The position numbers were made by a program, and so were the translations under genes. From positions 4,096-68,095 of the forward strand of contig JAQUSB010000006.1 of the NCBI GenBank assembly GCA_028715345.1: 64,000 nucleotides of DNA, given 5' to 3'. The notes beneath the pieces are model-generated. The model was given only the letters and a program-made list of their open reading frames with translations, ran no database searches and was not told the DNA's origin. This DNA comes from Candidatus Omnitrophota bacterium. Its GTDB lineage: Bacteria; Omnitrophota; Gorgyraeia; 2-01-FULL-45-10. Numbering within the stretch: position 1 is the stretch's first letter; the number at the start of each line of letters is the position of its first letter. Of the stretch, positions 1 through 11,006 are shown piece by piece.

Positions 1-1552
1 GCTTCTCTATTATGACTTTGCCTTTGGCGTAAGCCCTGTCTTTAAAAATGAGCGAGCTGAAAGCGTCGTAAACCTCGCCGTTTATCAGTATGTCCAGTTT
101 TACTATGGTCGTGGGACGGTAGTCAAGCAGTTCGTAATCGAGCGAGCCGTATCCTTTTGTGACGGATTTTATCTTGTCGTAAAAATCGACTATTATCTCG
201 GAAAGAGGTATATCGTAAACTATTTGCGCCCTCGATTCATCCAGATATTCCGTGGAAACGTAAGAACCTCTTCTCGATTCCGACAGTTCCAATATATTAC
301 CTATCGTTTCTTTCGGCGTAATTATGTAAGCCCTGACATAAGGCTCTTCCACCTCTTCTATTTCTGCGGGATTCGGCAGCTTCATCGGATTGTCCACTTC
401 TATTATATCGCCCGATTTTTTCAGTATCCTGTATACGACGCTCGGTGTAGTCACAACAAGGTTAAGGTCAAATTCACGCTCCAGCCGTTCCTCGACTATC
501 TCCATATGTAGAAGGCCCAGGAAGCCGCAGCGGAAACCCATACCCAGAGAAGCGGACTTCTCCGGCTCGAATATGAACGACGCGTCGGAGAGTTTCAGTT
601 TCTCGACGGCCTCTTTCAGGGCGAGAAAATCGGCGGAGCTGGCCGGGTATATCCCGCTGAAGACCATCGGTTGTACTTTTTTGTAGCCGGGCAAAGCCAT
701 AAGCGCGGGATTTTCAGCATCCGTAACCGTATCACCTACGGAAACGTCTTTCGCGTCTCTGATGTTACACGTTATATAGCCTACCTCACCGCAGGAGAGC
801 CCGTTTATAGGCTGAGGCCTCGGGTTGAAGATGCCTACTTCGAGGACGTCATGGACGGTGCCTTTGGCCATCATCATTATCTTCGAGCCTTTTTTTATAA
901 CACCGTTCATCAGCCTTACCATTACGATAACGCCTTTATACGTATCGAATTTCGAATCGAACACAAGCGCCTGAAGAGGGTTCGTCGTCTCGCCTTTAGG
1001 CGGCGGTATTCTTTTTATTACGGCCTCGAGTATGTCCTCGGTCCCTATACCCTGTTTCGCGCTGGCCAGGATTATGTTTTCACTGTCGAGGGCAAGGATA
1101 TCGGATATCTCGTGCTTCACCTTGTCGACCTGCGCGCTCGGCAGGTCTATCTTATTTATGACCGGGATTATCGTAAGGTTGTGCTCCATCGCCAGATAAA
1201 GGTTGGCGACGGTCTGGGCCTCGACGCCCTGCGCGGCGTCGACGACGAGGAGCGCGCCTTCGCACGCCCCGATGGACTTCGACACCTCGTAAGTGAAATC
1301 GACGTGCCCGGGCGTATCGATGAGGTTGAGCTTGTAGGTATTCCCGTCTTTAGCCTTATAGCTGATACGGACGGCGCTCGCCTTTATGGTGATGCCCCGC
1401 TCGCGCTCAAGGTCCATGTCGTCGAGGAGCTGGTCGTGGAATTCCCTGTCGCTTATCGCGCCGGTGAACTGCAGTATCCGGTCGGCGAGCGTGGATTTGC
1501 CGTGGTCTATGTGGGCTATTATAGAGAAATTCCGTATTAAACTTTTGTCCAT
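1..1552 (-). CDS. lepA: Elongation factor 4 (LepA GTPase), C-terminal part cut by window edge
   Basis: Minus-strand ATG at 1550-1552. Translation reads [25 protein letters not shown]... and [17 protein letters not shown], the classic translational GTPase G1/G3 motifs. Plus-strand ORF 671..1540 is its antisense shadow. Confidence 0.9.
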   Translation of the reverse strand, partial: MDKSLIRNFSIIAHIDHGKSTLADRILQFTGAISDREFHDQLLDDMDLERERGITIKASAVRISYKAKDGNTYKLNLIDTPGHVDFTYEVSKSIGACEGALLVVDAAQGVEAQTVANLYLAMEHNLTIIPVINKIDLPSAQVDKVKHEISDILALDSENIILASAKQGIGTEDILEAVIKRIPPPKGETTNPLQALVFDSKFDTYKGVIVMVRLMNGVIKKGSKIMMMAKGTVHDVLEVGIFNPRPQPINGLSCGEVGYITCNIRDAKDVSVGDTVTDAENPALMALPGYKKVQPMVFSGIYPASSADFLALKEAVEKLKLSDASFIFEPEKSASLGMGFRCGFLGLLHMEIVEERLEREFDLNLVVTTPSVVYRILKKSGDIIEVDNPMKLPNPAEIEEVEEPYVRAYIITPKETIGNILELSESRRGSYVSTEYLDESRAQIVYDIPLSEIIVDFYDKIKSVTKGYGSLDYELLDYRPTTIVKLDILINGEVYDAFSSLIFKDRAYAKGKVIIEK

Positions 1553-1563
1553 GCGTTTTTAAA

Positions 1564-2991
1564 TTAGAGGCTGTACGCCAATTCCTTCCCGAATTCCAGT
1601 ATCGCAAGCGCCTTCTTTTCGGCCGGCGCTTCCGCATAGACTCTGAGTATGGGCTCCGTCCCGGACAACCTCATCATAAGCCATGAGTAATCTTCGCAGA
1701 TGAATTTGTAACCGTCCTTGGTATTCAGGGCTATGACTTTTTTGCCGAGCACTTCTTTTAACGGGTTCGTCTTCAGGTAATCCATCAGTTTCGCTTTTTT
1801 ATCGTCCGGATATTTCAGGTCGAGCCTTTTGTATTCGTATGTGCCGTATTCTTTATCGATCGATTTCAATATATCGAGGATCTTTTTCTTTCTCATCGCC
1901 ATCATCTCGACTATCAATAGGCCGGACAATATGCCGTCCCTTTCGGGGATAGAATTTTTGAACGCGACGCCGCCCGTCTCTTCTCCGCCGATCAGGATGT
2001 CCTCTTTCAGCATCAATTCGCAGATATATTTGAAACCTACGGGCGTCTCATACATCTTGAGCCCGTACTTCTTGCATATTTTGTCTATCAGGAATGTGCC
2101 GCAAAGGGTCTGGACCACTCCGCCCTTCATCTTCTTGTCTTCCAAAAGATGCAGGAATAAAAGCGTCATGACCTTGTGGCCGGTGAGTATCTTGCCGTTC
2201 GGCAGGGCTATGCCCAATCTATCGGCATCACCGTCGGTAGCTATGCCCAGGTCGTATTTGCCCGCTTTAACTTTATCCGCCAATTCTTTCAGGTTCGGCA
2301 ATATCGGTTCGGGATTTATCCCGCCGAAACCCGGATTATTTTCATTATGTATAACGTCTACCTTGCACTTCCCGCCCTTAAGAAGATCGGCGATGTAATC
2401 ATCTCCGGTGCCGTACATGGAATCGACGAGCAATTTCAGGCGCGATTTCTTCAACAAGCCCACGTTGACATATTTTTTGACGAATCCGAGATGTTTAGGG
2501 ATTATATCCTCGACGGTAATCATGCCCGACGCTTTAAGCTCGTCCAGAGAAGCGGTCTTGACCCCGCTCTTACCGAGGTACTCCTCGAATTTTTTGGTTA
2601 TTTCGGGGCCGGCAGAACCGCCGTAATACGCTTTATATTTTATGCCGTTGTACCTTGCAGGGTTATGACTGGCCGTGACCATTACCCCGCCCATAAGCCC
2701 CCTGTCTTTTATCGTGAAGCTTACCGACGGCGTCGGCGTAGGTTTCTCGGCGAGTATCGCCTTTATGCCGTTGGCTGCGATCACACAGGCGATCAGCTCC
2801 GCGTATTTAGCCGACAAGAATCTTGTGTCGTATCCTATGACTATCCTTTTGTCCCCGACTTTGGACGCCGGCCCGTCGTCGATCTTTATGTAATCCGCCA
2901 TCGCCTGCGCCAGTATCCTGACGTTATCGAATGTGAAATCTTCGCTTATTACCGCCCTCCACCCGTCCGTGCCGAATTTGATCCCGCCCAT
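1564..2991 (-). CDS. Phosphoglucomutase/phosphomannomutase family (alpha-D-phosphohexomutase)
   Basis: 475 aa. GTDGWRA N-terminus, active-site TASHNP(A) serine loop and GGEESGG sugar-binding loop typical of PGM/PMM/GlmM-like mutases. Confidence 0.85.
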   Translation of the reverse strand: MGGIKFGTDGWRAVISEDFTFDNVRILAQAMADYIKIDDGPASKVGDKRIVIGYDTRFLSAKYAELIACVIAANGIKAILAEKPTPTPSVSFTIKDRGLMGGVMVTASHNPARYNGIKYKAYYGGSAGPEITKKFEEYLGKSGVKTASLDELKASGMITVEDIIPKHLGFVKKYVNVGLLKKSRLKLLVDSMYGTGDDYIADLLKGGKCKVDVIHNENNPGFGGINPEPILPNLKELADKVKAGKYDLGIATDGDADRLGIALPNGKILTGHKVMTLLFLHLLEDKKMKGGVVQTLCGTFLIDKICKKYGLKMYETPVGFKYICELMLKEDILIGGEETGGVAFKNSIPERDGILSGLLIVEMMAMRKKKILDILKSIDKEYGTYEYKRLDLKYPDDKKAKLMDYLKTNPLKEVLGKKVIALNTKDGYKFICEDYSWLMMRLSGTEPILRVYAEAPAEKKALAILEFGKELAYSL

Positions 2992-3633
2992 TTATCTTCC
3001 CCCTCTTAAATTTTTTATAGCTTCTTTGTAATCTTTCGTACCGAAAACCGCGGTCCCGGCCACTATGACGTTAGCGCCGGCCGCAATCACTTCGGCCGCC
3101 GTGGACGCGTTTATCCCGCCGTCGACCTGTATATCCTTTTTAAAGATCTTGCGCAAGGCTTCTATCTTCGGGAGGCAATCTAGAATAAATTCCTGCCCGG
3201 CAAACCCCGGTTCTACCGTCATAATAAGGACCATGTCCACCATCGGTAGGAAAGGCTCTATGGCCTTCAGGTCCGTCTTAGGCCTGATCGAAACACCCGC
3301 CTTCTTCTTAAAATATTTTATGAGCTTTATCACTTCCCCGGGATCGTCCTCGGCTTCTATGTGAAATGTTATGATATCGGCTCCTGCCTTGGCGAAGCTC
3401 TCCACATATTTTTCGGGATTTTCTATCATCAAATGCACGTCGAACGGCAATCTGGTCACAGGCCTTATCGACTTCACGACGACAGGGCCGATGGTCAGGT
3501 TCGGCACGAAATGGCCGTCCATCACGTCGACGTGTATCCAGTCGGCGCCGCACCTTTCAACATCTTTTATTTCTTCCCCGAGCTCCGAAAAGTCCGCGGA
3601 CAATATACTTGGGGCGATCAAAATTTTATTCAT
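2992..3633 (-). CDS. rpe: Ribulose-phosphate 3-epimerase
   Basis: 213 aa. PSILSADF...HVDVMDGHFVPNLTIGP...GADIITFHIEA motifs of Rpe. Confidence 0.9.
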   Translation of the reverse strand: MNKILIAPSILSADFSELGEEIKDVERCGADWIHVDVMDGHFVPNLTIGPVVVKSIRPVTRLPFDVHLMIENPEKYVESFAKAGADIITFHIEAEDDPGEVIKLIKYFKKKAGVSIRPKTDLKAIEPFLPMVDMVLIMTVEPGFAGQEFILDCLPKIEALRKIFKKDIQVDGGINASTAAEVIAAGANVIVAGTAVFGTKDYKEAIKNLRGGR

Positions 3634-3636
3634 CTT

Positions 3637-4689
3637 TTAACCCTTCTGCGAGGCGATCGCGTATACTCTGCCTATATCCTCTATGGTAATGATACCCACG
3701 ACTTCGTTATCTTTCATAACGGGCAGCGCCCTCATACCTTTTTCGTGCATAATGTGCTGGACTTTGACGAGCGGATCCGTGTCCTTAACCTTGGGAAAAA
3801 CCTTCCGCATAACTTCCCCGACAGACTTCGACGTCCCGTATTGGTGCATCGCGCTCATTATATCATGACGGGTTATGAATCCCACCGGCATTTTACCGTC
3901 GATAACCGGGAAATCTTCCTGGTGCGAATGAAAAATGGCCTCTAGGACTTTTGCCAGGGTGGTGTTGCTCGTCAAAGAAATAAAATCGGGAGGCAGTATA
4001 TCGCGAACTCTGAATTTTTTCAAGGTTTCTTTTATGTCGACCTGCGCCTCTTCGCCGGATGCCGCCATATATATGAAGACCGCTATGACCACAAGTATTA
4101 TATTAAACTTCACGATCCCGAAATAAGCGAATATCACCGCGAAGGCGTGGCCGAAATTGACCGCTATCTTCGTCGCCTTCTGATAGCTGAACCTGGTGGC
4201 CAATAACGCTCTCAGTACCCTTCCGCCGTCCATCGGGAAAGCCGGAATAAGATTGAATGCCGCCAGCATCAGGTTCAACCAGTATAGATAAGCTATCGTG
4301 AGCGGCCAGGTCTGGGCCGAAAGCGGATGGAGCAGGTTTTCGGCGCCTATGAGATACTTGAGCGGGAAGAAAAATACGGCCACTACCGCCAGATTAAATA
4401 GCGGACCCGCTATCGATATGAGAAATTCCTGGACGGGCTTCTCGGGTATTTTCGACATCGAAGCGATGCCGCCTATCGGTAGAAGCGTTATTTCGCGGAC
4501 CGTGATACCGAAACGTTTTGCCATAAGAGAGTGGCACAATTCGTGCATAGTGACGAACGAGAATACGCCGATCACCAGAAATACCCATTTTATCCCGCCG
4601 GGGATGACCAGTAAAAGAAGCAGGAAAAAAGTTATATGTATATTTATCGAGATACCGAATACTTTAAATAATTTTATCGAGCCCCTCAT
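3637..4689 (-). CDS. Site-2 protease family (M50) zinc metalloprotease with C-terminal CBS pair
   Basis: 350 aa. Multi-TM N-terminal part with HELCH (HExxH) zinc motif. C-terminal region has two CBS-like repeats (VRDIL..., VMKDNEVVGIITIEDI). Confidence 0.8.
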   Translation of the reverse strand: MRGSIKLFKVFGISINIHITFFLLLLLVIPGGIKWVFLVIGVFSFVTMHELCHSLMAKRFGITVREITLLPIGGIASMSKIPEKPVQEFLISIAGPLFNLAVVAVFFFPLKYLIGAENLLHPLSAQTWPLTIAYLYWLNLMLAAFNLIPAFPMDGGRVLRALLATRFSYQKATKIAVNFGHAFAVIFAYFGIVKFNIILVVIAVFIYMAASGEEAQVDIKETLKKFRVRDILPPDFISLTSNTTLAKVLEAIFHSHQEDFPVIDGKMPVGFITRHDIMSAMHQYGTSKSVGEVMRKVFPKVKDTDPLVKVQHIMHEKGMRALPVMKDNEVVGIITIEDIGRVYAIASQKG

Positions 4690-5951
4690 GATATCTTAAG
4701 CACCTTCCTGACCTCTTTCTCGTCTTTGACAGGCCCTATCACCGCCAGGTTCATAGCTTCATTCTTTAACATCCCGCCTGCCGCGCGGATCAGGTCTTCA
4801 GGCTTCACGGCATCCACTTTGGACAGGATACTCTTCACGCTGAAATCTTTTTCGTTCGATATGACCTTCTCGCCCAGCCACAGCATGTGGCTCATGGTGT
4901 CTTCCAAAGCAAAGAGCAATTGACCTTTATAATATTCTTTCGCGCGCCTCAGCTCTTCGGCCCCTACAGGCTCCCTCTTCATCCTGGCGAGTTCCCGCAA
5001 TATGATTTCAAGCGCTTTTACCAATTTTTTATTATCGACCCCCCCGCTCACAATAAAAACTCCGCAATCTTCATACCGCCTGAGGCTGGAAGATATCTCG
5101 TAACAAAGGGCCATCTCGTCGCGGACTATGTGAAAAAGACGCGAAGACATATTCGCCCCCAGGATGACATTTATAAGGCTCAAGACATGCCTATCGGGAT
5201 GGAACCTGTCGATAGCGTGAAAACCCAGGGCAACGTGCGTCTGCTCCGTATCTTTGGTGATAAGCCTAAATTCCGGATTTTTCTGTTCGAGGACGACCTT
5301 TTGGAATTTCGATATCGGCCCGGGAGGCGAGGACCTGAAATATTTCTGCGAAAGGCCGGCCAGCGCATCCTCTTCGATCTTCCCCGTAGCGGCAACGAGT
5401 ATATTTTTGGGGTTATAATGCGTTTCTTTATATTTTACGATATCATCCTTCGTTATTGCCCTGACCGATTCGACGGTGCCGGCCAGAGGAAGGCCCAGCG
5501 GCTGGCCCGGCCACATCATTTCGGCCAATATCTCATGGACGTAATGAGAAGGCATATCTTTATACATATTGATCTCTTCTATTATCACGTCCTTCTCTTT
5601 TGCTATCTCATCCTCATCAAGTTTCGGGTGAAGCACCATGTCGCTTAAGATATCAAGCCCGAGCTCCGCGTCTTTCGAAAGGACTTTTACGAGATAGCAG
5701 GTATGTTCTTCCGAAGTGAATCCGTTGAAACTGCCGCCGCGCCCTTCTATCTCCTGCTTTATCGTCATCATATCGCGGTTAGCGGTGCCCTTGAAGAGAA
5801 GATGTTCCAGAAGATGGCTTATGCCGCTATTCTTCGCGTTTTCGAACCTCCCGCCGGCCTTTATCCATATTCCTATGGCGACCGATTCCATGTGGTTCAT
5901 CGGAAGCGTAGCTATCCTTAAACCATTCTCGAGCGTCTTTATCTTATGCAT
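4686..5951 (-). CDS. M16 family (pitrilysin/insulinase-like) zinc peptidase
   Basis: 421 aa. Inverted zinc-binding motif HLLEH..F.G near the N-terminus. ATGA-type overlap with the downstream M50 gene. Confidence 0.85.
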   Translation of the reverse strand: MHKIKTLENGLRIATLPMNHMESVAIGIWIKAGGRFENAKNSGISHLLEHLLFKGTANRDMMTIKQEIEGRGGSFNGFTSEEHTCYLVKVLSKDAELGLDILSDMVLHPKLDEDEIAKEKDVIIEEINMYKDMPSHYVHEILAEMMWPGQPLGLPLAGTVESVRAITKDDIVKYKETHYNPKNILVAATGKIEEDALAGLSQKYFRSSPPGPISKFQKVVLEQKNPEFRLITKDTEQTHVALGFHAIDRFHPDRHVLSLINVILGANMSSRLFHIVRDEMALCYEISSSLRRYEDCGVFIVSGGVDNKKLVKALEIILRELARMKREPVGAEELRRAKEYYKGQLLFALEDTMSHMLWLGEKVISNEKDFSVKSILSKVDAVKPEDLIRAAGGMLKNEAMNLAVIGPVKDEKEVRKVLKIS

Positions 5952-6374
5952 CTACTTTTGGCCTCTCTTTTGTGAATCTAAATAGTTCTGCAATATTATC
6001 TGGGCGGCAACCATGTCTATCGCCATTCTTCTCTTACCGCGGCTCATATTCGCTTCCAGGAGCGCTCGCTCCGCCTGGACAGTCGTCAGGCGCTCATCCC
6101 ACGTCTTAACGGGGATACTCACCGCTTTCGCCAGCCCATCCGCGAACTCCAGGACCTCTTTTGTCTTCGCGCTGTGCGTCCCGTTCATACTGATGGGAAG
6201 GCCGACGATTATCTCGCTCACGCCATTCTCCTCGGCCGTCTTTTTTATCCCGGCCATATCTGCCGCGGTGTTCGCGCGGTATATGGTTTCGGAGCCCTGC
6301 GCGGTCAGTAAAAGTTCGTCGCTCATCGCGACCCCTATGCGCTTGGTCCCTACGTCGAGCGCCATTATCCTCAT
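5952..6374 (-). CDS. ruvX: Putative pre-16S rRNA nuclease / Holliday-junction resolvase-like YqgF
   Basis: MRIMALDVGTKRIGVAMSD N-terminus characteristic of YqgF/RuvX. Start placed at the ATG 6372-6374, which forms an ATGA overlap with the upstream gene. The ORF-finder's longer version (to 6470) is an N-terminal over-extension. Confidence 0.8.
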   Translation of the reverse strand: MRIMALDVGTKRIGVAMSDELLLTAQGSETIYRANTAADMAGIKKTAEENGVSEIIVGLPISMNGTHSAKTKEVLEFADGLAKAVSIPVKTWDERLTTVQAERALLEANMSRGKRRMAIDMVAAQIILQNYLDSQKRGQK

Positions 6375-7264
6375 CTTATTTTCACTACCTTTCCGCCCCT
6401 CATCTCGAAGCCCCTTCCTTCGCGCGTCAATATCTTTATGAGGCTCTCGAAACCGCCGAGGTCGTGCCATTCATACGACGCTTCGACGCAATATATATTG
6501 CGGGCCTTTTCCATTATCGCGTAATCGATCGATATGTCCGGCGCGGTCCTGTACCCTGCTCTTACTCCGGACGGATGTGTAACCGCTTTGTATATTCTTG
6601 GCGACAATTTTTTGATCAAACCGAGCAGCGTACCTGCCTTAAAAATGAAAGCACCGGTATTCCACAGGTATTGCCCGCTCTTTATATATTTTTGCGCAAG
6701 CTTCCTGTCGGGTTTCTCCACGAATTTCTTAACTTTCAACATACCGCCGCGGCCTTTGCCTGCGGCGCGTCTATCGATCTTGATATATCCGAAATGCGCG
6801 GACGGGTATCTCGGCTTTACGCCCATGACCACTATGGCATCCGGATTACGTTTAATAAAATTTATCCCGCTCTTTACCGGGGCGACGAATTTCTCCTCTT
6901 CCTTAATATACTGGTCCGTGGGAAGCACGGCCATTATCGCGCCGGGGCTCATCTTTTCTACCGTTGCCGCGGCCAACGCTATGGCCGGAGCGGTATTTCT
7001 CGAGGCCGGCTCCAGGAGCAGGTTCTGCGGCGCTATTTCCGGAAAATCTTTCCTGACCAATTTCGCGTGCGCTTTGTTCGCGACTACGACTATATCCTTA
7101 TCCTTGGCGAAGGCGCGGACCCTGTCAAGGGTCCTGCGGAACATCGTCCTGCGGTCTTTAGTGATGGATAAAAATGCTTTCGGCAGAGCGGCCGTGGATA
7201 AAGGCATCAAACGTTTACCTTTACCGCCGACCAGAACTACCGCGTAAACTTTATTATTCACCAT
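6371..7264 (-). CDS. Nucleotidyltransferase, mannose-1-phosphate guanylyltransferase-like (ManC N-terminal domain type)
   Basis: 297 aa. VVLVGGKGKRLMPLS...PKAF signature of sugar-1-phosphate nucleotidyltransferases. Together with the phosphohexomutase this suggests GDP-mannose supply. Confidence 0.75.
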   Translation of the reverse strand: MVNNKVYAVVLVGGKGKRLMPLSTAALPKAFLSITKDRRTMFRRTLDRVRAFAKDKDIVVVANKAHAKLVRKDFPEIAPQNLLLEPASRNTAPAIALAAATVEKMSPGAIMAVLPTDQYIKEEEKFVAPVKSGINFIKRNPDAIVVMGVKPRYPSAHFGYIKIDRRAAGKGRGGMLKVKKFVEKPDRKLAQKYIKSGQYLWNTGAFIFKAGTLLGLIKKLSPRIYKAVTHPSGVRAGYRTAPDISIDYAIMEKARNIYCVEASYEWHDLGGFESLIKILTREGRGFEMRGGKVVKIR

Positions 7265-8060
7265 GTATGGCCCGCGCCAGGCTTTCGGCTAACTTCACAG
7301 TTTTACCGAGGGCGCCTTTCGTGCCGGCGCCCATCATCTTTACTATTGCGCTTCCGACAATAACACCATCCGCGCATTTCGCGATCGTGCGCGCCTGAGC
7401 CGCATCCGATATCCCGAACCCTACCGCGACAGGTTTATCGGTAATAGATTTTATGGCTTTCACGTTCGCCGCAACTTCCGGAGGAAGCTTCGTTCTCGCG
7501 CCCGTAACGCCGGTAAGCGAAACATAATAAATAAATCCCCTGGACTTGGCGGCGATCTCTTTTATTCTTTTGCGGGGTGATGTCGGCGCGGCCAAAAATA
7601 TCGTCGCTACGACGTTCTTTCTGCCCAAAGCGATAGTTTCACCGGCTTCTTCTATCGACAGGTCGGGGATTATGACGCCGTCTACACCGGCTTCGCGGCA
7701 TGTTTTAAAAAATTTCACAAGGCCGAACTTAAAGACCGGGTTAAAGTAGGTCATAAAAACGAGGGGCATTTCCGTCTTGCGCCTGAGCGCGCGCACCATG
7801 GCGAATATCTTTTTGAGGCTCGCCCCTTTTTTAAGCGCCCTCTGCGAAGCCGCCTGTATCGTAGGCCCGTCGGCAACTGGATCGGAGAACGGGATCCCCA
7901 GCTCGATGATATCGACGCCCGCGCCTTCCAGCGCGAGAACCGCCCTCTCGGTCATCGCGAGCGCGGGATCGCCCGCCGTAATATAAGCGATGAACGCTTT
8001 TTTGCCCTCTTTCTTCAGCTTTTTAAACTTTTTATCTACCCTGTTCATTTTTTGCCTCAT
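7254..8060 (-). CDS. trpA: Tryptophan synthase alpha subunit
   Basis: 268 aa. AFIAYITAGDP...IELGIPFSDPVADGPTIQ TrpA motifs. True start may be the internal MNRVDKK (8048). Confidence 0.9.
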   Translation of the reverse strand: MRQKMNRVDKKFKKLKKEGKKAFIAYITAGDPALAMTERAVLALEGAGVDIIELGIPFSDPVADGPTIQAASQRALKKGASLKKIFAMVRALRRKTEMPLVFMTYFNPVFKFGLVKFFKTCREAGVDGVIIPDLSIEEAGETIALGRKNVVATIFLAAPTSPRKRIKEIAAKSRGFIYYVSLTGVTGARTKLPPEVAANVKAIKSITDKPVAVGFGISDAAQARTIAKCADGVIVGSAIVKMMGAGTKGALGKTVKLAESLARAIHGE

Positions 8061-8436
8061 TCAGAATTATAGGATAATTTATGACCAACTCGTTATCGAG
8101 CAATATCTCGACCCAATATTTTCCCGGCCCCGGGAAAACAAGATTATTGAACCTGGAGATGAGCGTATGATGCCTGTCGATATCGGCAAGCTCGAATGCC
8201 TGCTCGTCCGTCTGGAATATCGGCTGGTTATTTTTGGGGTTCACGATACGTATCTTCTGCGTGAACGCCCCCTCGCCCTTGCACCATCTGTTTGCGACGA
8301 ATAGAGCGGCGTGCGTAGCCGGGAATTTCTTGGCGTTTATCGCTTCGAATAACCCGATGAGCATGAATTTACCGTTGTCCTCGCGTCTAACGTCGTCGCA
8401 CAATACCGAAAATTGCAGGTTTGGTTTTATCTTCAT
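8032..8436 (-). CDS. Hypothetical protein inserted between trpB and trpA
   Basis: 134 aa ORF exactly filling the trpB-trpA gap (TGAtATG junction with trpB, 29-nt overlap with trpA). GGGGAG upstream of the ATG. No motif I recognise. Confidence 0.5.
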   Translation of the reverse strand: MKIKPNLQFSVLCDDVRREDNGKFMLIGLFEAINAKKFPATHAALFVANRWCKGEGAFTQKIRIVNPKNNQPIFQTDEQAFELADIDRHHTLISRFNNLVFPGPGKYWVEILLDNELVINYPIILNEAKNEQGR

Positions 8437-8437
8437 A

Positions 8438-9610
8438 TCACAGCGCTCCCCTGACTATATCTATGTCTTTGTCGCCTCGTCCTGACAGGCAGACGATTAT
8501 AATTTTCTTCTTGGACAATTTTTTTGCCAGCCTCGTCGCATAATAGAGCGCGTGCGACGATTCCAGCGCCGGGATGATGCCTTCTATCTCGGTCAGCATC
8601 CTGAAACCTTCGAGGGCCTGCTTGTCGGTAACCGCGACATATTCTGCCCTGCCTGACTCTTTCAAGTACGAATGTTCAGGACCCACCCCGGGATAATCGA
8701 GCCCGGCCGATATCGAGTGCGCTATCTTTATCTGGCCGTCCTCGTTCTGTAAAAGATAACTCTTCGAGCCGTGCAGGACACCTACGGAACCTTTGCACAA
8801 AGTGGCCGCGTGTTTGTCCGTATTCATGCCGAGTCCCGCCGCCTCGACGCCTACCATTTTTACTTTGTCGTTCATGAACGGATAAAACAGGCCCATAGCG
8901 TTGGATCCTCCGCCCACGCACGCCACGAGATAATCGGGCAGCTTGTTCTCTCTGGCAATGATCTGGCGCCTGGCTTCCTTACCTATTATAGACTGGAAAT
9001 CCCTCACTATCATAGGATACGGGTGCGGCCCGGCAACGGTGCCTATCACATAATACGTATCGCGGACATTCGCCACCCAATCGCGTATCGTCTCGTTCAT
9101 CGCGTCTTTAAGCGTTTTAGACCCTGCGGAAACGCTCGTCACTTTAGCGCCCAAAAGCTTCATCTTGAATACGTTCACGGACTGGCGCCTTATATCTTCC
9201 TCGCCCATGAATATCTCGCACTCAAGGCCGAACAATGCGGCGATAGTGGCGGTAGATACGCCGTGCTGTCCGGCACCCGTCTCGGCTATCACGCGCTTCT
9301 TGCCCATGCGCCTGGCGAGCAGGACCTGTCCGAGCGTATTATTTATCTTATGCGCGCCCGTATGCAAAAGGTCTTCTCTCTTCAGGTATATGCGCGCGCC
9401 GCCCATCATTTCTGTAAGCCTTTTGGCAAAATATAAAGGCGTCTGCCTGCCGGCGTATTCTTTCAGGTAATATTCGTATTCTTTTTTGAACGCATTATCG
9501 GACATGGCCTTCTTATATTCATCCGAAAGTTCATAAAGCACCGGCATGAGCGTCTCCGGCATGAACCTGCCGCCAAAACCGTCAAAGTATCCTTTTTTAT
9601 CGGGTAACAT
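8438..9610 (-). CDS. trpB: Tryptophan synthase beta subunit
   Basis: 390 aa. [14 protein letters not shown]-lysine motif; typical TrpB length. Confidence 0.95.
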   Translation of the reverse strand: MLPDKKGYFDGFGGRFMPETLMPVLYELSDEYKKAMSDNAFKKEYEYYLKEYAGRQTPLYFAKRLTEMMGGARIYLKREDLLHTGAHKINNTLGQVLLARRMGKKRVIAETGAGQHGVSTATIAALFGLECEIFMGEEDIRRQSVNVFKMKLLGAKVTSVSAGSKTLKDAMNETIRDWVANVRDTYYVIGTVAGPHPYPMIVRDFQSIIGKEARRQIIARENKLPDYLVACVGGGSNAMGLFYPFMNDKVKMVGVEAAGLGMNTDKHAATLCKGSVGVLHGSKSYLLQNEDGQIKIAHSISAGLDYPGVGPEHSYLKESGRAEYVAVTDKQALEGFRMLTEIEGIIPALESSHALYYATRLAKKLSKKKIIIVCLSGRGDKDIDIVRGAL

Positions 9611-10233
9611 TATTCAGCCTTTCTCACATTTTCGACAAATTTTTTCAGAAGCTTCGCGTCTTTTTTACCGGGTGCGGATTCGACGCCGCTCGATACATCG
9701 ACCGCGAAGGGCGAAACTTCCTTTATGGCGTGCTTCACGTTATCGGGGTCGAGGCCGCCCGACAGGATCACCGGTTTCAATAACTCGAAATCTTTAAGCA
9801 TCGTCCAGTCGAACCTCTTCCCTGTCCCGCCGATGCAATCGCTCTGGTATGTATCGAATAGGTAATAATCGACGTCGTAATCGTTCACTTTTTTAAGGTC
9901 TGCCTTTGTTTTAAGCCTGAACGCTTTTATCACTTTATATTTCGGCCTGAAATAACTGCAATATTCCGGGGTTTCGTCGCCGTGAAATTGGAGCGTGTCC
10001 AGAAGCGCGTCCTCCGCTATTTTTATCACGTTATTTTTGTCTTCGTTCACGAATACGCCGACCTTCGAAACCTTCGGAGAGAGTTCGTTTATTATATCCT
10101 CGACTTCGGAAGGGTCCACATAACGCTTGGATTTGTTGTAAAGGACAAAACCGAGCATATCGACGCCGAGCCCGGACGCGGTAATAGCATCGACTTTATT
10201 CGTTACCCCGCATATCTTTATCTTTGTCATCAA
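9610..10233 (-). CDS. trpF: Phosphoribosylanthranilate isomerase
   Basis: 207 aa. KICGVT...GVDMLGFV TrpF-type TIM barrel N-terminus; position within the trp operon. Confidence 0.85.
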   Translation of the reverse strand: MMTKIKICGVTNKVDAITASGLGVDMLGFVLYNKSKRYVDPSEVEDIINELSPKVSKVGVFVNEDKNNVIKIAEDALLDTLQFHGDETPEYCSYFRPKYKVIKAFRLKTKADLKKVNDYDVDYYLFDTYQSDCIGGTGKRFDWTMLKDFELLKPVILSGGLDPDNVKHAIKEVSPFAVDVSSGVESAPGKKDAKLLKKFVENVRKAE

Positions 10234-11006
10234 TACCTCATTATCTCGCGCATCTTCGCGGCTATATCACCGGCTTCCATGAACGTCTCTCCTATCAGGA
10301 CGGCGTTCACGCCCAGCGACTTTAAGAACATCACGTCTTCGTATGTCCGTATCCCGCTCTCGGAAACCCTTACTTTATTCTGCGGTATCAGCCGTATCAA
10401 TTTCTGCGTCACGGCCAGGTCCACTTTGAAAGTGTGGAGATCGCGGTTATTGATGCCTATGATGCTGCCGCCCGCGGCCAACGCCTTCTCCACGTCTTCC
10501 TCATTATGCGTCTCCATCAGGACATCCAGCCCGAGCGACGAAGCCGTATTATAAAGGCCTGTCATCTCGTTCGACGACAAGAGCTCGGCTATGAGCAGTA
10601 TGGCGTCCGCTCCGGCCGCGACCGATTCATATACCTGGTATTCATCGATGATAAAATCTTTCCTTAGTATAGGGAGCGAAACATTCTCTTTTACTTTCTT
10701 TATATACTCGAGTTTGCCTTCGAAGAACCGTTCGTCCGTAAGTATCGATATCGCGCTGGCGCCGTGCGCCTGGTAAGTGACGCCGATCTTCACGGGATTG
10801 AAATCGCCGCGTATTATACCTTTGGAAGGCGATGCCTTTTTTATCTCCGCTATCAGATTTATATGGTGCGGCCTCGAAATATTTTTCTTAAAAGAGCTTT
10901 TGACGCATATATTCTTAGTTTCGTTTATAAGCTCTTCTATGGGCTTAATACGTTTGGCCTCTTCGATCTCGCGCCGCTTCTCTTCTATTATCCGTGATAA
11001 TATCAT
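10230..11006 (-). CDS. trpC: Indole-3-glycerol phosphate synthase
   Basis: 258 aa. [12 protein letters not shown]...[10 protein letters not shown]...[11 protein letters not shown] TrpC motifs. Confidence 0.9.
   Translation of the reverse strand: MILSRIIEEKRREIEEAKRIKPIEELINETKNICVKSSFKKNISRPHHINLIAEIKKASPSKGIIRGDFNPVKIGVTYQAHGASAISILTDERFFEGKLEYIKKVKENVSLPILRKDFIIDEYQVYESVAAGADAILLIAELLSSNEMTGLYNTASSLGLDVLMETHNEEDVEKALAAGGSIIGINNRDLHTFKVDLAVTQKLIRLIPQNKVRVSESGIRTYEDVMFLKSLGVNAVLIGETFMEAGDIAAKMREIMRY

Noticed and set aside
671-1540. 289-aa plus-strand ORF
   Set aside because: Antisense shadow of lepA; the minus-strand frame carries unmistakable EF4 GTPase motifs.
5952-6470. Longer 172-aa version of ruvX
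   Set aside because: The first 32 residues are Arg/Lys-rich and non-conserved. ATG 6374 gives the canonical MRIMALDVG start with an ATGA overlap to the upstream gene.
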